Origin: Candidatus Limnocylindrales bacterium
GTDB lineage: Bacteria > Chloroflexota > Limnocylindria > Limnocylindrales > CSP1-4
NCBI GenBank assembly: GCA_035629915.1
Contig: DASQLS010000253.1
Coordinates: 1 to 35,893, forward strand
Direction of reading: 5' to 3'
Length of the DNA stretch: 35,893 bases
Numbering within the stretch: the stretch's first letter is position 1; each line of letters starts with the position of its first letter. The notes beneath the pieces are model-generated. The model did no database searches and was not told the DNA's origin. It was given only the letters and a program-made list of their open reading frames with translations. Of this stretch, positions 34,753 to 35,893 are shown in pieces. The translations under genes were made by a program, and so were the position numbers.

Positions 34753-35241
34753 GTGCGCGCTGTGATCGTCGGCTGCGGCCGAGTTGGCGCCGGACTTGCC
34801 GAGCGGCTGGCACGCGCCGGCCACGAGGTGACCATCGTCGACATCAACACCCAGGCGTTCTCGCGTCTCGAGCCCGACTTTCCGGGCCAGGCAATCCGCG
34901 CCGACGGCACTGACGAGGACGTATTGCGCCGCCTCGGGACGGAGAACGCCGACCTGTTCTTCGCGCTGACCGAGGGCGACAACCGCAACGCCTTCGCCGC
35001 CCAGCTTGCGGCAGAGACCTTCGGAGTCGAGAAGGTCGTGGCCAAGATCAACGACCCAGTCAGGGCCGAGGCATACACGATGCTCGGCCTGGCCACGATC
35101 TGCCGAACCCGATTGTTGGTCGATGCGCTGGCCCAGCACGCCGGGCTCGACGCCGATCCCGGCGCCAGCGGCGTCAGGCCGGCCGAGCGGCACCACGATC
35201 ACCATCCGGCAGCGACCCAGGCAGCGACGGAGCAGGGCTAG
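34753..35241 (+). CDS. trkA: TrkA-N (RCK N-terminal, NAD-binding) domain protein, lacks a TrkA-C domain
   Basis: The start is a GTG with a GAGG SD. VIVGCGRVGAGLAERLARAGHEVTIVD and ADGTDEDVL are present. The protein ends after ~130 aa of RCK-N plus a short His/Ala-rich tail. Confidence 0.8.
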   Translation: MRAVIVGCGRVGAGLAERLARAGHEVTIVDINTQAFSRLEPDFPGQAIRADGTDEDVLRRLGTENADLFFALTEGDNRNAFAAQLAAETFGVEKVVAKINDPVRAEAYTMLGLATICRTRLLVDALAQHAGLDADPGASGVRPAERHHDHHPAATQAATEQG

Positions 35242-35893
35242 ATGTACATCGTCGTCGTCGGTGGCGGGAAGGTCGGCTACTACCTCGCCAAGGAGCTGCT
35301 CGAGGCCGGCCACGAGCTGGTCATCCTCGAGAAGAACAACGACCGGGCGCGGCAGATCTCGGACGAGCTCGGCAGCATCGTCCTCAATCGGGACGGATGC
35401 GAGGGCAAGCACCTCGCCGAGGCCGGCGCCAATCGGGCCACGATCGTCGTCGCCGTGACCGGCGACGACGAGGACAACCTGGTCGTGTGCCAGATGGCCA
35501 AGCACCACTTCGACGTGCCGCGCACCATCGCTCGCGTCAACAACCCCAAGAACGAGGATCTCTTCCGCCACCTCGGCGTCGACGAGATCATCAGCCCGAC
35601 GCGAATGGTGCTCGCCTCGATCGAACAGGACATTCCGGTCCACGAGCTGCTCCACCTCGCCCAGCTGAAGGGCGGCGAGCTCGAGCTCGTGGAGGCTCAG
35701 ATCGGCGAGGACTCGCCGGCGGTCGGGCGCAAGCCGACCGACATCCCGATGCCAGAGGGCTGCTCATTGTTCCTGCTGCTGCGCGGCAACAACGTCCAGC
35801 CGATTCGTCCCGACACGGTCTTCCAGGTCGGCGACAAGGTGCTCGCCGTGGCCCGAGCCGATGGTCAGGGATCACTCCGTCAGGAGCTCATCG
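35242..35893 (+). CDS. trkA: TrkA-type RCK protein (TrkA-N + TrkA-C), 3' end outside the window
   Basis: My own translation from the ATG at 35242 gives MYIVVVGGGKVGYYLAKELLEAGHELVILE...GDDEDNL.......VPRTIARVNNP...LELVEAQIGEDSPAVGRKPTDIPMPEGC.L.LLLRG......PDTVFQVGDKVLAV. The frame stays open to the window end, so the ORF track does not list it. Confidence 0.85.
   Translation, partial: MYIVVVGGGKVGYYLAKELLEAGHELVILEKNNDRARQISDELGSIVLNRDGCEGKHLAEAGANRATIVVAVTGDDEDNLVVCQMAKHHFDVPRTIARVNNPKNEDLFRHLGVDEIISPTRMVLASIEQDIPVHELLHLAQLKGGELELVEAQIGEDSPAVGRKPTDIPMPEGCSLFLLLRGNNVQPIRPDTVFQVGDKVLAVARADGQGSLRQELI

Overview
This is a GC-rich, densely coding chromosomal segment with an actinobacterium-like flavour: an Mca-type PIG-L amidase homologue, several apparently leaderless genes, and Pro/Thr/Ala-rich lipoprotein linkers. 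I can support about 37 protein genes and two tRNAs (Asp-GTC, Arg-CCG). From left to right the window contains: an Mca-like deacetylase; a CapA-family lipoprotein; tRNA-Asp; a plus-strand operon (ltaE, DUF885, HisA-like, membrane-anchored cyclophilin); a hairpin-dense, AT-richer spacer ending in a strong intrinsic terminator (candidate small RNA); a two-subunit aconitase-X; and tRNA-Arg. Next comes a long, tightly packed minus-strand array: a GNAT-like protein, a NYN nuclease with a ~470-aa disordered tail, holB, an acylphosphatase, two single-domain cNMP-binding proteins, an FMO-like flavoprotein, a family-5 UDG and a degenerate EAL protein. After that: a LivJHMGF-type ABC operon; a convergent polar-amino-acid ABC operon; an orphan Rieske oxygenase; hpt with two small uncharacterised upstream partners; an orphan CsoR; rsmG; a metallophosphoesterase; and an APC-permease / USP / TrkA / TrkA block that runs off the right edge. 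I saw no CRISPR array, transposase, integrase, rRNA or recognisable known defence system. The best candidates for something undescribed are: (i) the receptor-only cyclic-nucleotide cluster (2x CNB + flavoprotein + degenerate EAL); (ii) the NYN nuclease fused to a charge-patterned, histone-H1-like tail; (iii) the candidate sRNA at 7.3-7.6 kb; (iv) the APC-permease/USP/RCK module, which lacks a TrkH-type partner in the window; and (v) a 147-nt element bracketed by a perfect 14-bp inverted repeat. All functional calls rest on motif recognition by eye, and no database search was run.
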